A DNA stretch of 64,000 bases from Lama guanicoe (Eukaryota), in NCBI GenBank assembly GCA_013239625.1, contig MU055657.1:11453689-11517688 (forward strand). Reading direction: 5' to 3'. Below, one piece after another: positions 50,871 through 63,050 of this stretch. How positions within the stretch are numbered: position 1 is the stretch's first letter; each line of letters starts with the position of its first letter. The translations under genes were made by a program, and so were the position numbers. The notes under the pieces were generated by a model that saw only the letters and a program-made list of their open reading frames with translations, did not search any database and was not told the origin of the DNA.

Positions 50871-51309
50871 GAGACTAAGATGCCAAAAGGGTAAGTGGTA
50901 TGAAGACACCTAGTTAATGTCAGAGATGGAGCTAAAATGCAGGTCTTTGAACTCCTGGTCTGTTCTGTGCAAGGACAGGGGACCTTGCCTGCTTCGCAGA
51001 ATTCTAAATGCGCTCTCCGCTCTCCAAAAAGTCCTCCTCACTTAATGAACCCCACAGCCATTATATTTAGTTTGAACCACACATTTAGCACATTAAGAAA
51101 ATGTTCCACTATTTTTTCAGTAACAACCAAAGAGCCCAGTCCAATGTTCTAATCACAGATGCTCAAAAAAATACCAGTGATCGCTGAATACAGATAATGG
51201 CAGTGCTCTTTCAGACTCCTTCGAAGGTAGGCATCTACTTGGAATAAAAAGGACGTAAAAAGACTTTAAAATAATAAAATGGCTTGCAAACACATGTTAG
51301 TATTCTAAG

Positions 51310-51530
51310 ACAACAGTAATAAGAGAGACATTTTACTGATGTTTTATTCTGTGATAGCAGGTGTTCCCTGCATTATTTCATTTTGTCTCCACAAATACCT
51401 ATTTGATAGATGAGAAAACGGAGACAGAAAGGTTTTAAATAATTTTCTCACTGCCACGTAGTAAATGGTGAGGTCAGAATGGAGACCCAGATCTAACCCC
51501 AGAACCCAGCTTTTAAATAGTCTGCTATTC
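51310..51530 (-). mobile_element. MIR SINE relic
   Basis: 'gatagatgagaaaacggagacagaaagg...gtaaatggtgaggtcagaatggagacccagatctaacc'. Confidence 0.7.
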
Positions 51531-53622
51531 TGCCTTCACAGTTGTTTGCCAGAGAGAGTTCAACAGAAACTAGAAAGAGAGCAGCAGAGTTATACATTTT
51601 TTATCAGGGCAACGAGCAGTATGGGCTATGACAGCAGACAGCTGTCTTTTACTCAGAGCCACAGTGAGAACCTACCAACTCAGGAACATCGTTCCCAACT
51701 GCGGCTGAACCACTTGGGAAGAACAAGTTCTCACTACACTGGGAATAAAGACTGGGGAGGAGGACAGACTGAGACGGGAGTGGACTGTCATTAACCTCAT
51801 TGATTTTAAGTAAGCACTTTGACAAATGAAAACAATCACGAAATTTCAGTAAACCAACTTCTAATCAGTGTGTGGGCTTCAGGCACGCGTGTGCTTGCCT
51901 GCACACATGCGCTTGCATGGAACGTGAAGGGACACGCTGGGAAACCAAACAGCCGGGGCCAACATAAAGCAGTGACCTCTCCCATTAACTTCTCAGAGCT
52001 GGTATTTTCATGACATAAAATGCTTTTCTTTGGCTCTCATTTTTTATGAAGCCCCCTAGGTAGGTTTTTTTTTTTTATGGATGTCCTTATTTGCTAAAGT
52101 AAATTTAATAGAGAAATTCTCATGAGAGCAAAATGATGAGCTTTTTAAACAAACATTTTGTAATATAACTTTACTTCACCATCTCTCTTTACTATGTTTA
52201 TTCATGAGCAGGCAGTGAATTTTAAATCTGCTCCTTCTGCAATCCATCTCTTGAGAAGAATGAAAGTTGAGCTTGAGGAGAGGTCAGGCTCACACGAGAG
52301 AAACTCCCAGGCTGGGCTCAGAATTCGTCCTAGTTGACAAAGAATTATGGGAAAGAGGAAGCATAAAAAATACCACGAGCAAAGCAACATGTGGGAAAGG
52401 AAAAAGAAAGAAGCAGAGGGATAAAGAAAAATATATGCAACATGACTAGAGCTTGCAAAAATTGATTTTTTAGAAGTACTGATTCTCTAATTTTTGCCAA
52501 CAGTATTTGACCTAATATGCTCAATTTCATGGTACTGTCTGGATTATACAGAAAGTGTTGGGCCATTGCAGTATCAAATTTGACAGCCATATGGTCAATC
52601 CCATCAGTGGCAAAGCAATTAATTATACATGACTACTCCCAAATGAACAAGTGTAGATTCCGAGGAGGAGTGTAGACAGAAGTAAAGGATGAGAATGAAA
52701 AAAAGGGAGGGGGGTAGAAATGAGGGAGAGAAACACTCATAAGCACAAGAAATGATTCCTTATGGAGTAAAGTGCATGTTTAAATTTTATACTTAAGTTG
52801 CTAAAAACAGATAAAACAATTGAAGTAGTTTAAGGAAAAAGAAATGAAGAGTAAATCTCAAAGATGTTGTTATTACAGCTATTTAAAACTATAAATTAAA
52901 TAGATATAATGCACACTGAAACTTCATGCACTCAAAAAAAGTGAGGAAATGGAAAATATCAAATAAAGCAACAGATAATCTCAATACTGTATGGACGCTT
53001 AAAATGTTGTAAGTTTAGATGAACACTTACAGCAGCTTATTCAAGAATGTCCAAACCTAAAAAAAAAGTTATTTATTTACATGACAGAATTATCTGAGCT
53101 CTTATGAACATCATTTATCATGCTTTACAAGTGAGACAAAGGTCTTTAACAAAAAAATAATAGTTTTTGCACTCAGTATGTCAAATGAGTTGTTAAAGAA
53201 AATAAAAAAGGACTGAGTCTAGGATCACCAAAGATGCTAAAAGAAATTATTTACCATAACTATTTCTTTTCTGGTTTTTCTATAAACAGTAGTTTTACAT
53301 TGAAAAACTTGGAAGGACTTTCTATAGAATCATAGATCTGAAAAGACTCAAACAATTGTCCAAAAATCCACATTCTTCCCGACACTAAAGATTTCAAACC
53401 AGGCAAAACTTATTCCTATTTAACCTTTTCTTACAAGGCTCAGAAAAGGAGATGCTACCATCAGTCTTGAAAATGCCTATCAGGTCATTCTCAACAATCT
53501 TGAAAGATCGTTTTTAACTCTAAGACCAATAAAAATAAAACAATCAACTTTCAGAAAAGACTTTTTTTTCTAAATATTATTGTCTTTTGAAATTATATTA
53601 ATGTGTTGCCATCTTCTGGGCA

Positions 53623-53660
<38 letters not shown>
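53623..53660. repeat. (AAT)12 microsatellite
   Basis: Read directly. Confidence 0.95.
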
Positions 53661-53662
<2 letters not shown>

Positions 53663-54923
53663 TAAATTATTTTTAGTCTATTTTTCTAAAACCAAAAAAA
53701 TTATTTAGATTAAGTAAAGAGGCCAGCTGGTCCAAGGAGGAGCCTGGGAAAGACCCAAACACCAATCTGGCTCCAAGGAGACCCTGAGTCTGCTGTAGGC
53801 AAACTATGAAGTGAATGACTCACCAGGTGGATCACAACAGCTTATCTGTGTCTGGAAATGGCAATGCATGGATAACACTCCTGCACATTCTCTATAGTTG
53901 GGATCTCCAGCCCTAGGCTTGGAAAAGGGCTTCCACTGCTCAGCTTCCTTGTAACAAAGATGAAATGCTAAGAGAAATGTCCCTCCTTTCTTAATCAATG
54001 CCCCTAATTTCAGCTTGGAGGGTGGAGAAAAGGGAAAAATTTGCACCTTGTGGAAGTACAGCCTCAACAGCAGCAGTGTGCCCTTCTCAATCCTCCCCTC
54101 CTCCTTTCACTCTGCCTGTTTTAAAGCTCTACCCTAGATCTTCACAGCCACAATTAATCAGTGACTATCATGCATCTGCTAATGTGCCTGCAAATATGTT
54201 ATCTGTTGTTGAAGATAGCATAAAAGCATTTTTGCTCAGCTTGCCACCCTAAAAAACCCACAAAAACAACCAAAAATATCTAAAAATACAGAGGAAAATC
54301 TCCCACTTCTGCAAAACATGGGGCAGTGTCACAACCACAAACCACACACCCTGAGGGCCCACCTGCCAGGCACTGTGCAATCTAGACAGAGTCAGGTAAC
54401 TGCCTAGGTGCATAGTTCCTCAGATGTCAGATAGGATAAAGATATCCCCTGCGAGAAGTGAAGGGCATAGCCAATAATCTCTGAACTGAAACCATGTGTT
54501 CTTACACGAGGACAGATGATGAGAGAAGCAGGGAATGTTCCTCAACAGTCATAGTGCAACATCACAAAACTGGAGAAAGGAGGAGTTCAAAGGGAAAGCA
54601 TGACATCTTGCTTTTCTATGGGATGATTCAGCCTCTTATCCCAGGGAAAGAGCCAGATGTGAAGCAGAGTGGAGGGAGGAGAGGAAACAGTGATGGGCAG
54701 AGAATAGTGCACCTGTGATACGAATGGCTTTGCTGTTAGTTAAACCACCCTCCATATCCTGAAAAACACGGGAGATTATATCCCTGGGCAAAAGGGAAGT
54801 GTCACTTTGGGGAGGGAGAAAGTTTTCAAGACAAGAAATCCTAAGGGGGCAATGGGTTTCCATGACTTACTCAACCACTGCCACCCCCTCAATGTTACCA
54901 TCACACTCTACATTCCTTCTCTG

Positions 54924-54933
54924 CACACACAAA

Positions 54934-54964
<31 letters not shown>
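54924..54964. repeat. (CA)n microsatellite
   Basis: Read directly; one AAG interruption. Confidence 0.95.
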
Positions 54965-54965
<1 letters not shown>

Positions 54966-55259
54966 AGGGCTCGGTAAGGTGAGGCAAGCAAGGAGCCCAG
55001 GGAGACCCTGAAAGTCTGTTGCCTTCTTAAATTTTGCATCCCAAGCACCTTGTTTATCTCACCCTAATCCCACTTCTGACACACAAATACATCAACTTGT
55101 CAGTAAACAATTGGATCCATTCAAAAATGAGGAGTGATTGGGGGGTGGAGGGCAGTGCAGATGAAGATAAAAGACAAATAGCTCTCCTTGGTCTCATAGA
55201 AAAGACAGGCAAAACTATCTGTACGGGGTGGAGGGGGGGAGTGTAAGTCCAAAGGAAAA

Positions 55260-56460
55260 GACAGTTCAAAGAAGAGCTTGTTAAATTATAGAAGAATGTC
55301 ATATACAAGTAAGCAGAATTCAGGAAATAAATAGAAGAGAAAAATAAAACCATTTCAGAGATAGAAGCTATACTAGAAGAAACTAAGAAAATGTAATAAA
55401 AGCACAACTGACAATATCCTCAGGGACACAGTAAATAGGATTGAGAAAATTAAGCAAAATGAGATGGAAAGGAATAATATATTAAAAATGTCTATTAAAA
55501 GTGATAGATATGGAAGACAGACCCAAAAAATTCACATATGCATGTGTTCTTGACAGAACACAATAAATGGAACAGAAAAAAAGCCTACAATCATAGAAAA
55601 ATGAATAAACTTTGTTGAACTATATCCTTCATATACAAATTGTAAGACTACAATGTGTAGCTGTGCAAACAGTCCCAGTATGATCGATAGCAGTATATGT
55701 CCTGGCAGAGTTACTGACTGCCATTAAAACTTAACAAACATTACTTAAATCTGGCTATAAAAAGCAAATAACTAATCAGGTAGACCCCAGATTTCTCCAA
55801 TTTTTCAATTCTAGAAAATAGTGATCAAGTATTTATAGTCTTGAGAGTAAGTTTGAGCCAAGAATTTTATTTAAAGCCTATTTTTTCCTTCAAGAACTAA
55901 AACAAAAGAAAAAGACAAATATCTTCAAGTGGGCAAGAACTTAGAGATTCTATGACCTATAAGACTTAAAAAAGGAAAGAAAGAAAGAGAAAAAAAAAAA
56001 CCTACTAGAAGGTAAAATCCAGTCAACTGAAAAGTGAACCAAAATAAATTACTTTGGAAAGAAATGGTGGTAAACATTGAATCAATGTGTACATAGAACT
56101 ATGCTTAACCAGAATATGTCTCTCAAAAATCTTGAAAATAGAAAAAATTATAATATAAATAATAAAAAAAAAACTTACAGAGACAGAGCTGGAGGAAGGA
56201 AGTGTGCTAATTTTCTAATCTTCAGAGCAAGGAGTCAACAGACACTGTCTGTAATTTAAATCTGTGGTTTTACAAAATCACTACATTCCTTCTATATTCT
56301 CACCAAGATTCCTTGAGAGCCAATTTGCCTTACAGCGAAAATTTATCTGATTTTCAGCCAACACTTCATTTTAATTCTGTTTCTTCTTCTTTTGGTTAAA
56401 TTAAAATAAAACTTAATGCATATTACTTTCAAGTAGCATTCGCAGAATAACCTCATTTTT
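55260..56460 (+). mobile_element. HAL1-like / ancient L1 ORF1-type relic
   Basis: A-rich ORF1-like 'gtgatagatatggaagacagac', 'aataaatggaacagaaaaaa', 'gagccaagaattttat'; 3' 'ggaagtgtgctaattttctaatcttc'. Confidence 0.6.
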
Positions 56461-57554
56461 CTATAAGTGTTTACATCTCTATGTCTACCTTTCCAATATG
56501 CATAGAGAGGTATCTGAAATAACCACTGGTTGTTTCTGGGTGGTGAAGTTTAGGAAGATATTTAATTTCAGCTTTGTAATTCTCAGCATTACTTGATTTT
56601 TTTATGGTGACCAAGTATGATTTTTTTTTCTTTTAAAGATAATGTCAATATATTACTGGTTTAGGTACATAAAGATGGAAACTGGAGGAGGAAGAAAGGA
56701 GGGAAGAAAGTGTGGAAAGAGAGGAAATTTTCACTGCACACACTCAAGCCACGTGTGGTCTTGGAGGGACACAAGACTCACACTGAACAATTAGTGAGGA
56801 AGTGGTGAGCATGCTGTTGTCAGTAAGAACTGCCTTGGAAATTCACTAAAGGAAAACTTCACTGGGATGGTGTCCTTGGCGGAACAGCAGTATTGAGAGG
56901 CAGGAAGGGAGTTTTGCCTGGAGTCCTGCTGCTACACGCTCACCAGGAAGAGCCCGGGAGTGCTTGTGCCCTTCTCTCTCTGCCTCCCAATAACATAAAA
57001 CCAATTCCACCTCTCCTTCTTCTTGCTCTGTTAATGGGTGCTAATGGCAAACATGCACACTTGTGATGCTCACCCATTCCCTTGAAATTTGCTTTTGGTT
57101 AGCCTTTTGGTGGACTAATGCCTTAATATAAAGGGAAAATTCTAAAGGTGAGAATTTTTCATACCATTGCTAGGCAGTGCCATGGACTTTTTTTGCCAGG
57201 GGAATTTTATTTGAATTAGGCTTCACCAGCATGTACTTGTCAACTGTTTGTAGAGACCATCCCAGTAAAAAGAAAGCTCTTTATTTCAGTGAGGAAATTT
57301 TTGACTGTATGGTTCTGACATGAGCATATTTGTGACTGTCCCTCCATCCCAAACCTTACTCTGAACCTGAGCAGTTCAGATGAGGATGAGATGCCGGAAT
57401 GGGATAAGTCCATGATCAGAAAAGTATCCAGGATAAGGGATGGCATAGAGATGGAGTGGAGTATCTATTACATACATTACATAGTGATTTCCTTTTCAGA
57501 TGAAAGGTTAATGTTTGTTTTTAAGGTCACCTTCTGCCTATCCAAGACACAACT

Positions 57555-57924
57555 AATAGACTGTTCATGCTTACATGGCTTTCTGCATCTCTGCCTATGT
57601 AGGCAGTCTCCGACAGTGGGAGGAGATTGGCAGGCTGGAAATTGCCCCAGGAGGGACCCTCAATGAATGAGGTATAGGAGTTGGTGGATAAATATCTGTG
57701 GTAGGAAGATTCTGAGTTGTGTTCCACTGTCCTCAGAAGCCCCCCAGAAGGATTGAGAGCTGATTCCTCATAGCCCCAATCTACTCGTTATCACATTTTC
57801 ATTGGTTTTTCTTCCTTCTTTGAGTCATGTCCCCACTGCTGCACAGCACTGACTGGGACCATATCCCAAAGAAACTACTGGCACTGAAATCCTCATCTCA
57901 GGTTCAACTTTGGGGAGAAGCCAC
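57555..57924 (+). mobile_element. ERVL LTR16-like solo LTR
   Basis: 'ccctcaatgaatgagg...gagttggtggataaata', 'atcccaaagaaactactggcactgaaatcctcatctcaggttcaactttgggga'. Confidence 0.8.
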
Positions 57925-57925
57925 C

Positions 57926-58325
57926 TATATTCATCTGCCCCGGGTGCCATAACAAAATGCCACAGACTGGGGGGCTTAAACAATAGAAATGTATTTTCTC
58001 ACAGTTCTGGAGATTAGAAGTCCATGATCATGGTGTTGTGAGGGTTGGTTTCTCATGAAACTTCTCTTTCTGGCTTGTAGATGGCCACCTTCTTGCTGTG
58101 TCCTTATATGGCCTCTTCCCTGTGCACAGGNNNNNNNNNNNNNNNNNNNNNNNNNNNNNNNNNNNNNNNNNNNNNNNNNNNNNNNNNNNNNNNNNNNNNN
58201 NNNNNNNNNNNNNNNNNNNNNNNNNNNNNNNNNNNNNNNNNNNNNNNNNNNNNNNNNNNNNNNNNNNNNNNNNNNNNTCAACATATGAACTGGGGTGAGA
58301 GGAGGATACAATTCAGTTCATAACA
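57926..58325 (-). mobile_element. MaLR LTR (MLT1A0-like) inserted in the 3' end of the LTR16; contains N gap
   Basis: 'gccataacaaaatgccacagactgg...ggcttaaacaa...tctcacagttctggag', 'tcaacatatgaa...acaattcagttcataaca'. Confidence 0.9.
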
Positions 58326-58794
58326 ACATCCTGAGATGCACCTTCCAGGAAGGAGACATTAGTTCCATACTGCTGCCCCATGGAATCCCTATCATAAGTG
58401 TGAGAGCTAATTAACTTGAGTCCATAGAAGGCCAGGTAAGTTGTCCCACTTTCTGGCCACAAGCTTAACCAAGTTTCAACAGGTTTTACCACCAGGAGCT
58501 ACAGGTGAAGCTTCAGAATGGCTGGGCATCCTGACTTGGCGGTCCCCAGCCCTTTTTATGGTCTTAGTTGAGATGAGTAGTATCTGAGTAGTGGCAGTAG
58601 GAGGAAGTGTTGGATTTCAACACACTCTCACAGAAGAGAGAAGCAGGTAGTTTCTCAAAAGAAATCTCATGGCCTTGAAAGTCAAGCTACAGAAATCTTA
58701 TGTTTGAATCCAAGCCTCAGATACCCAATGAATGGAAGATACAGTTCAAAAAATGACAGTCCATATATATTATTTTTCCTAAGTGATGATGGAA

Positions 58795-58915
58795 CCATAG
58801 TTTCCTCTTTTGCATGGCAGTAATAATAATACTTAATTTCAGGGTTGTGGTGAATAAATGAGATGGTAGATGTAAAGTGTTCAGCTTGATGCAATGTTGG
58901 CACTCAACAAGCATG
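58795..58915 (+). mobile_element. MIR fragment
   Basis: 'taataataatactt...cagggttgtggtgaataaatgagat...tgtaaagtgttcagc...ggcactcaacaa'. Confidence 0.7.
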
Positions 58916-59425
58916 ACTTCACTTTCCCCTCCACAAACTGAGTATCATTCTGCCTCCCCAGGAAACCGGGACTTACACTGCTCTCTGGCTCAGCTCCAAT
59001 ATACCATTCACAGGTATTTTGCTGTTGTCATTACCAATTTTTAAGAACCACTTCTAGGTTCTTGTGTTACCAACCAAATTTTGCTAGATGAAAAAAAAAA
59101 TCTGTCTTTTTCATGGACTTTTTAAGCTTTCTGATTTCTACCAATGTGAAATTTTGGATAAATCTATCTTTAACTGATTTTTTAAAAATCAAGTTTACTT
59201 TAAGTATGTATCACTATGATTGATCCATCTAATTTCTATACTGAAATAAGGAATATCATAAGGGCCTACTCCTAGAGCTCGGAGGTTGGAGGTAGGCTGG
59301 TTAATACATCTTTCACCAAAACAGAGTTTTATTTCACAGGGAAGATGAGTTAAAATTATTTCCATTTCCTCTTCTCTTACTTAGTTAATATAATATCTTT
59401 TTTTGAAAATAGGTCTATGCTTGGA

Positions 59426-59579
59426 TTTTCTTTTCTTTTCTTCCTTTATTGTTTTGGTGGGGGGGGGCAATTTGATTGATTGATTATTTTTAATGGAGGT
59501 ACTGGGGACTGAACCCAGGACCTTGTGCATGCTAAGCACATGAAGCACACGCTCCAGCGCTGAGCTGTACTCCCACCCC
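59426..59579 (-). mobile_element. Camelid-type tRNA-derived SINE, with longer tail and a small internal duplication
   Basis: 'ggaggtactggggactgaacccaggaccttgtgcatgctaagcacatgaagcacacgctccagcgctgagctgtactcccacccc'. Same family as 20190-20289; 'aagcaca' is duplicated. Confidence 0.9.
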
Positions 59580-60894
59580 ATCGATATGATTTGTTTCTAT
59601 AAGTCAGTCTCATTTTCTAGTTCTAGTTCTTTGATCTGTGAGCACCCAAAGAATATCTACTTTTCCTCTCCTATTTCCATGTTCCAAAATTCCCATCCTA
59701 CAGTGATTTCTTTCCTTTCTTCTTGATGCAGCCACGTATTTCTCATACTGTTTCTCTCACCCTCCCAACCCCACACTTGCCTCTTCTTTTCTCCGTACTA
59801 GCTTGCTACAGCAAAGCCATCACAGGGAAGGGTGTCTCAATGATGCCTTAGTGACCAAACAGTGAAAGCCTCCATGACAGCCAGGTCCCCAGATGACACA
59901 CAGGTCCCAACGGATGCTCATACACGCTGAGGGCCTCACTGAGAGGCTGTATAGCTTTAACAAGGGTGTTCTTTGACAGCTCTGACCTTTACCTTCCCGG
60001 CTTCTCTAAAGTTAACAAGAGGAAAACTCCCATGATCCCAGGGACAGTAGGTAGACCTGGTACCAATAAACAAATTCCCTCATCCATTGACCAAACAAAA
60101 TATCCAACCCAATTCGCTGAGTCCAGCCTGGGTGCTCCTCCCAGGCTCCCTGCCACCCACTCTTCCAGTGAAAACTTGCAGACTTCCCTGACAGCCACCT
60201 GGGACCATGGCTTCACCACTCACAGCAAACGGAAACCCACCACACGAAATGAGGTCAGAGCCCTAAGTCATCAGAAAAGCTCAATGCCAGATTTCCCATC
60301 AGCTACCCTGGTGACATCCTGCCTTTTTGTTAACTAGCAACTTGGAACTCTGCCCACGTTTAAGGGATGGACCACAGATACCATCTGCCCCATGCACTCA
60401 CCCAGTGAAAAAATTCAGTCCATTCCTGAAGTTGAGTCACTCAACCTCTGCTGGACTATTTCTGGGAGGCAGAAAACCCCACAAGCCTGGAGGGATGACC
60501 TGGACAGAGTCTGTTCCCTCTTTCACATCTCATTTTGATCTCTTCTTCTGCAAGATAAACAGCCCTAAGTCCTTCCCTTAGTCCCAGTTTGACATATCTT
60601 GTGAGTCCTTTGAAAGGGAGCATGACCCTGTGGGCCCCCCACTCCCCAAACCCCTGCCTCTAGTATAGAGAAAAGCTGGAGTCTCCCACACCTTCCTGAG
60701 CAGCTGGTTAGGACAAGCCTGCAGGCACTGGGGGATGGCAGCGACTCTGACCACCTAGCTCAGTGATTAACTGAGATTATTCCTTCATTTCCCTTTAAAG
60801 TTTCATGGCTGAAAAGAATCTTTGAAGATGGATTTTTTGGAGGAGGATACTAGTCATCACTAGACTTCAGGCATTCTGATTAAAAGCAACTTTT

Positions 60895-61495
60895 TGTTAC
60901 CAAGGCTGTTGCTTCAGGGATGGTACCCCTGCCCCTCCCTCAAAGAGGAACCAATTACTCTTATCTAAGTCTCAGGAGGCAGCTGCAGAGTAGAAACAAG
61001 AACTGGTTAGAACTGGCCCAGTCCAAGATGGTGGAGGATTTGACTTCCAGTGGAACTTGAGCCTCATTATGTGCTCATTGTAATGTATTAGCATGCTAAG
61101 TGACACACCCTCCAGCACCATGAATGTTGACTATTGCCAGCACAACAACTGGAAAACCCATACAGGATGTGAAAAACTCAAACAAAGACTGATTGGCTCC
61201 ACCACACCCAGAAGGTGGACATGATGGTGGAAGCCTCCCATAAAAGTCCATGTGGTCCCACCCAGGCCAGAGCTGTCCCCTCTTGGCTGACGGCTCCCTG
61301 CTCAAGCATCTCTTCTTTCTCGCTCGAGTGCTTTTCTTCCCTTCTCCCTGCTCAAGCACTTTCCTTCTATTTCTCCTTCTGAGCAATAAAGCGACTGTTC
61401 CCTTTGTCCCTCTGCCGTGCAAATTCTTTCAGATGGCAGCAAGAACCCACACTTTGGTGGGTTTCCTAATTTAAGGGTCCTTCCATCCACTAACA
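60895..61495 (+). mobile_element. MER41-like ERV1 solo LTR
   Basis: TGTTA...TAACA termini; MER41-like 'ccaagatggtgg' and 'acacaccctccagcaccatga...ttgcc'. Reverse CCAAT near 61192, TATA-like cataaaag at 61239-61246, AATAAA at 61385-61390. Confidence 0.75.
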
Positions 61496-62628
61496 CTTCA
61501 CTCCCTTCATTACTCTATTCTTAATACACTTGGGTATCAAGCTAATTTCAAAACCAAGGGTGCTCACATCTCCAGCTAATATTATTAATAATGTTATTGA
61601 TACAATACTATAGATACATTATTATGTGTCACTGGTCTCCATTATGGTTGGCAAATGCCAGGGGCGTTAGGCGTGATTATTTAATATTCTTCATTACATA
61701 CTAGAACATGCATTAGCCACTACTTAGCTTTCACTCTCTGATTTTTCTCAAATAGTTGAAGGGGAAGTGAAAAAAAAATTACACACATTTTCTTGCAAAA
61801 TCAAAACGTATCTTATAAAAGTCAAATTATTTCCCAGGTATTTTTTTTAATGTAAAAATGGCACCATTCCTAAAAAGAATCATCAGCGAGAACTAAGAGC
61901 AGTGAGATTTAATTCAACAAGGACTGGAGGAAAATGCATGTTAAAATAGGTGGAAAATCCATGTGACACAATGAGTCAGATATTAAAGAGGATCACACTG
62001 AGTGGAGCCAAACATGGGAGCCAAACTTTAAAAAAAAAGTCTGATGTGTGTCCATAAGCTAAAATGCAGCTGAATAAGGAGGAACTAAAGAAAGCAGCAA
62101 ACTCAGGCCACTCTCCTGCTTCCTGTATGAAGTGGGCAACTGTTAAGTAGACACTGGGAGATCATCATACTTTAGAGTCACGGCATAGCAGGCAGCGAGC
62201 AGGGAAGGAGAGGTGGAAGGCAAGGGGAGAAGGAAGGAAAAGAGGGAAGGATTTAATCAGTAACAGAACAAACAAGCCTACCTGCATTGTGCAAATACCA
62301 TTTCTGCCAAGAGAACGGAGGATGACTGTAGTGTTTCATCTTCAAATCCATCTATCAACAACCTCTGTTGCATAGCTACCATAATGGTTTATGCAGTAAT
62401 TAGTGAAAACTCCCCCCTCATCTACATTATCTAACGTGGATTTGCAACAAAGAACAGAATGTATATACCGTAAAACAGGAAAACTCTAAGAGACGTCAGA
62501 ACACCCCAAAGCTACCATTAGACATAAAGGAATAAAAAGAAAGAATTGCTCTTTCCTGACATCAGAATATGGCTGGTTTAGAACGGGGAGGGAATCTGTC
62601 TGTGGGTTTGTTTTGTTCTGTTTGGAAG

Positions 62629-62730
62629 GTAGCATCAGCTGAGAGACTCAAACAATGGAAAGAAGAGCTGCTGCAGATCCAGCAGAGACACCACGAAGAG
62701 CAGCACATCCTGCAGCGCAAACAGCAGCAG
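62629..62730 (+). CDS. Candidate internal coding exon (phase 0/0, 34 aa, coiled-coil-like); gene unidentified
   Basis: Acceptor tttgttttgttctgtttggaag|, donor CAG|gtggaa (weak). Encodes VASAERLKQWKEELLQIQQRHHEEQHILQRKQQQ with GC3-rich codons and retained CpGs. The other two frames contain stops. Confidence 0.4.
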
Positions 62731-63050
62731 GTGGAAAGGAGAGAGCGAACGGAGAGGTCATCTCACACACGTGGCCTTCTGGGGCTGGGGTTTTCCTTTT
62801 TCCTTTGGCCACTGCGCTGCAGTCTATTTCCATGTTGTTTTCCTGGCTGAATCAAAAAAAAAAAAAAAACAGGCAAGACAAACTGATTATTTTCCAGACA
62901 CTTTGCTTGTTCAGTGTCATGGGAATTTGAGGTTGTTATCTAATACATTTGGGACGATTCTTCATGGTAACAACAAAGTCTGCGATGTTTATGAATTTCT
63001 TTTCCAGTTTGATGTTTCTGCCACCTTTACTCTCCTGTTGTGGGACACAG

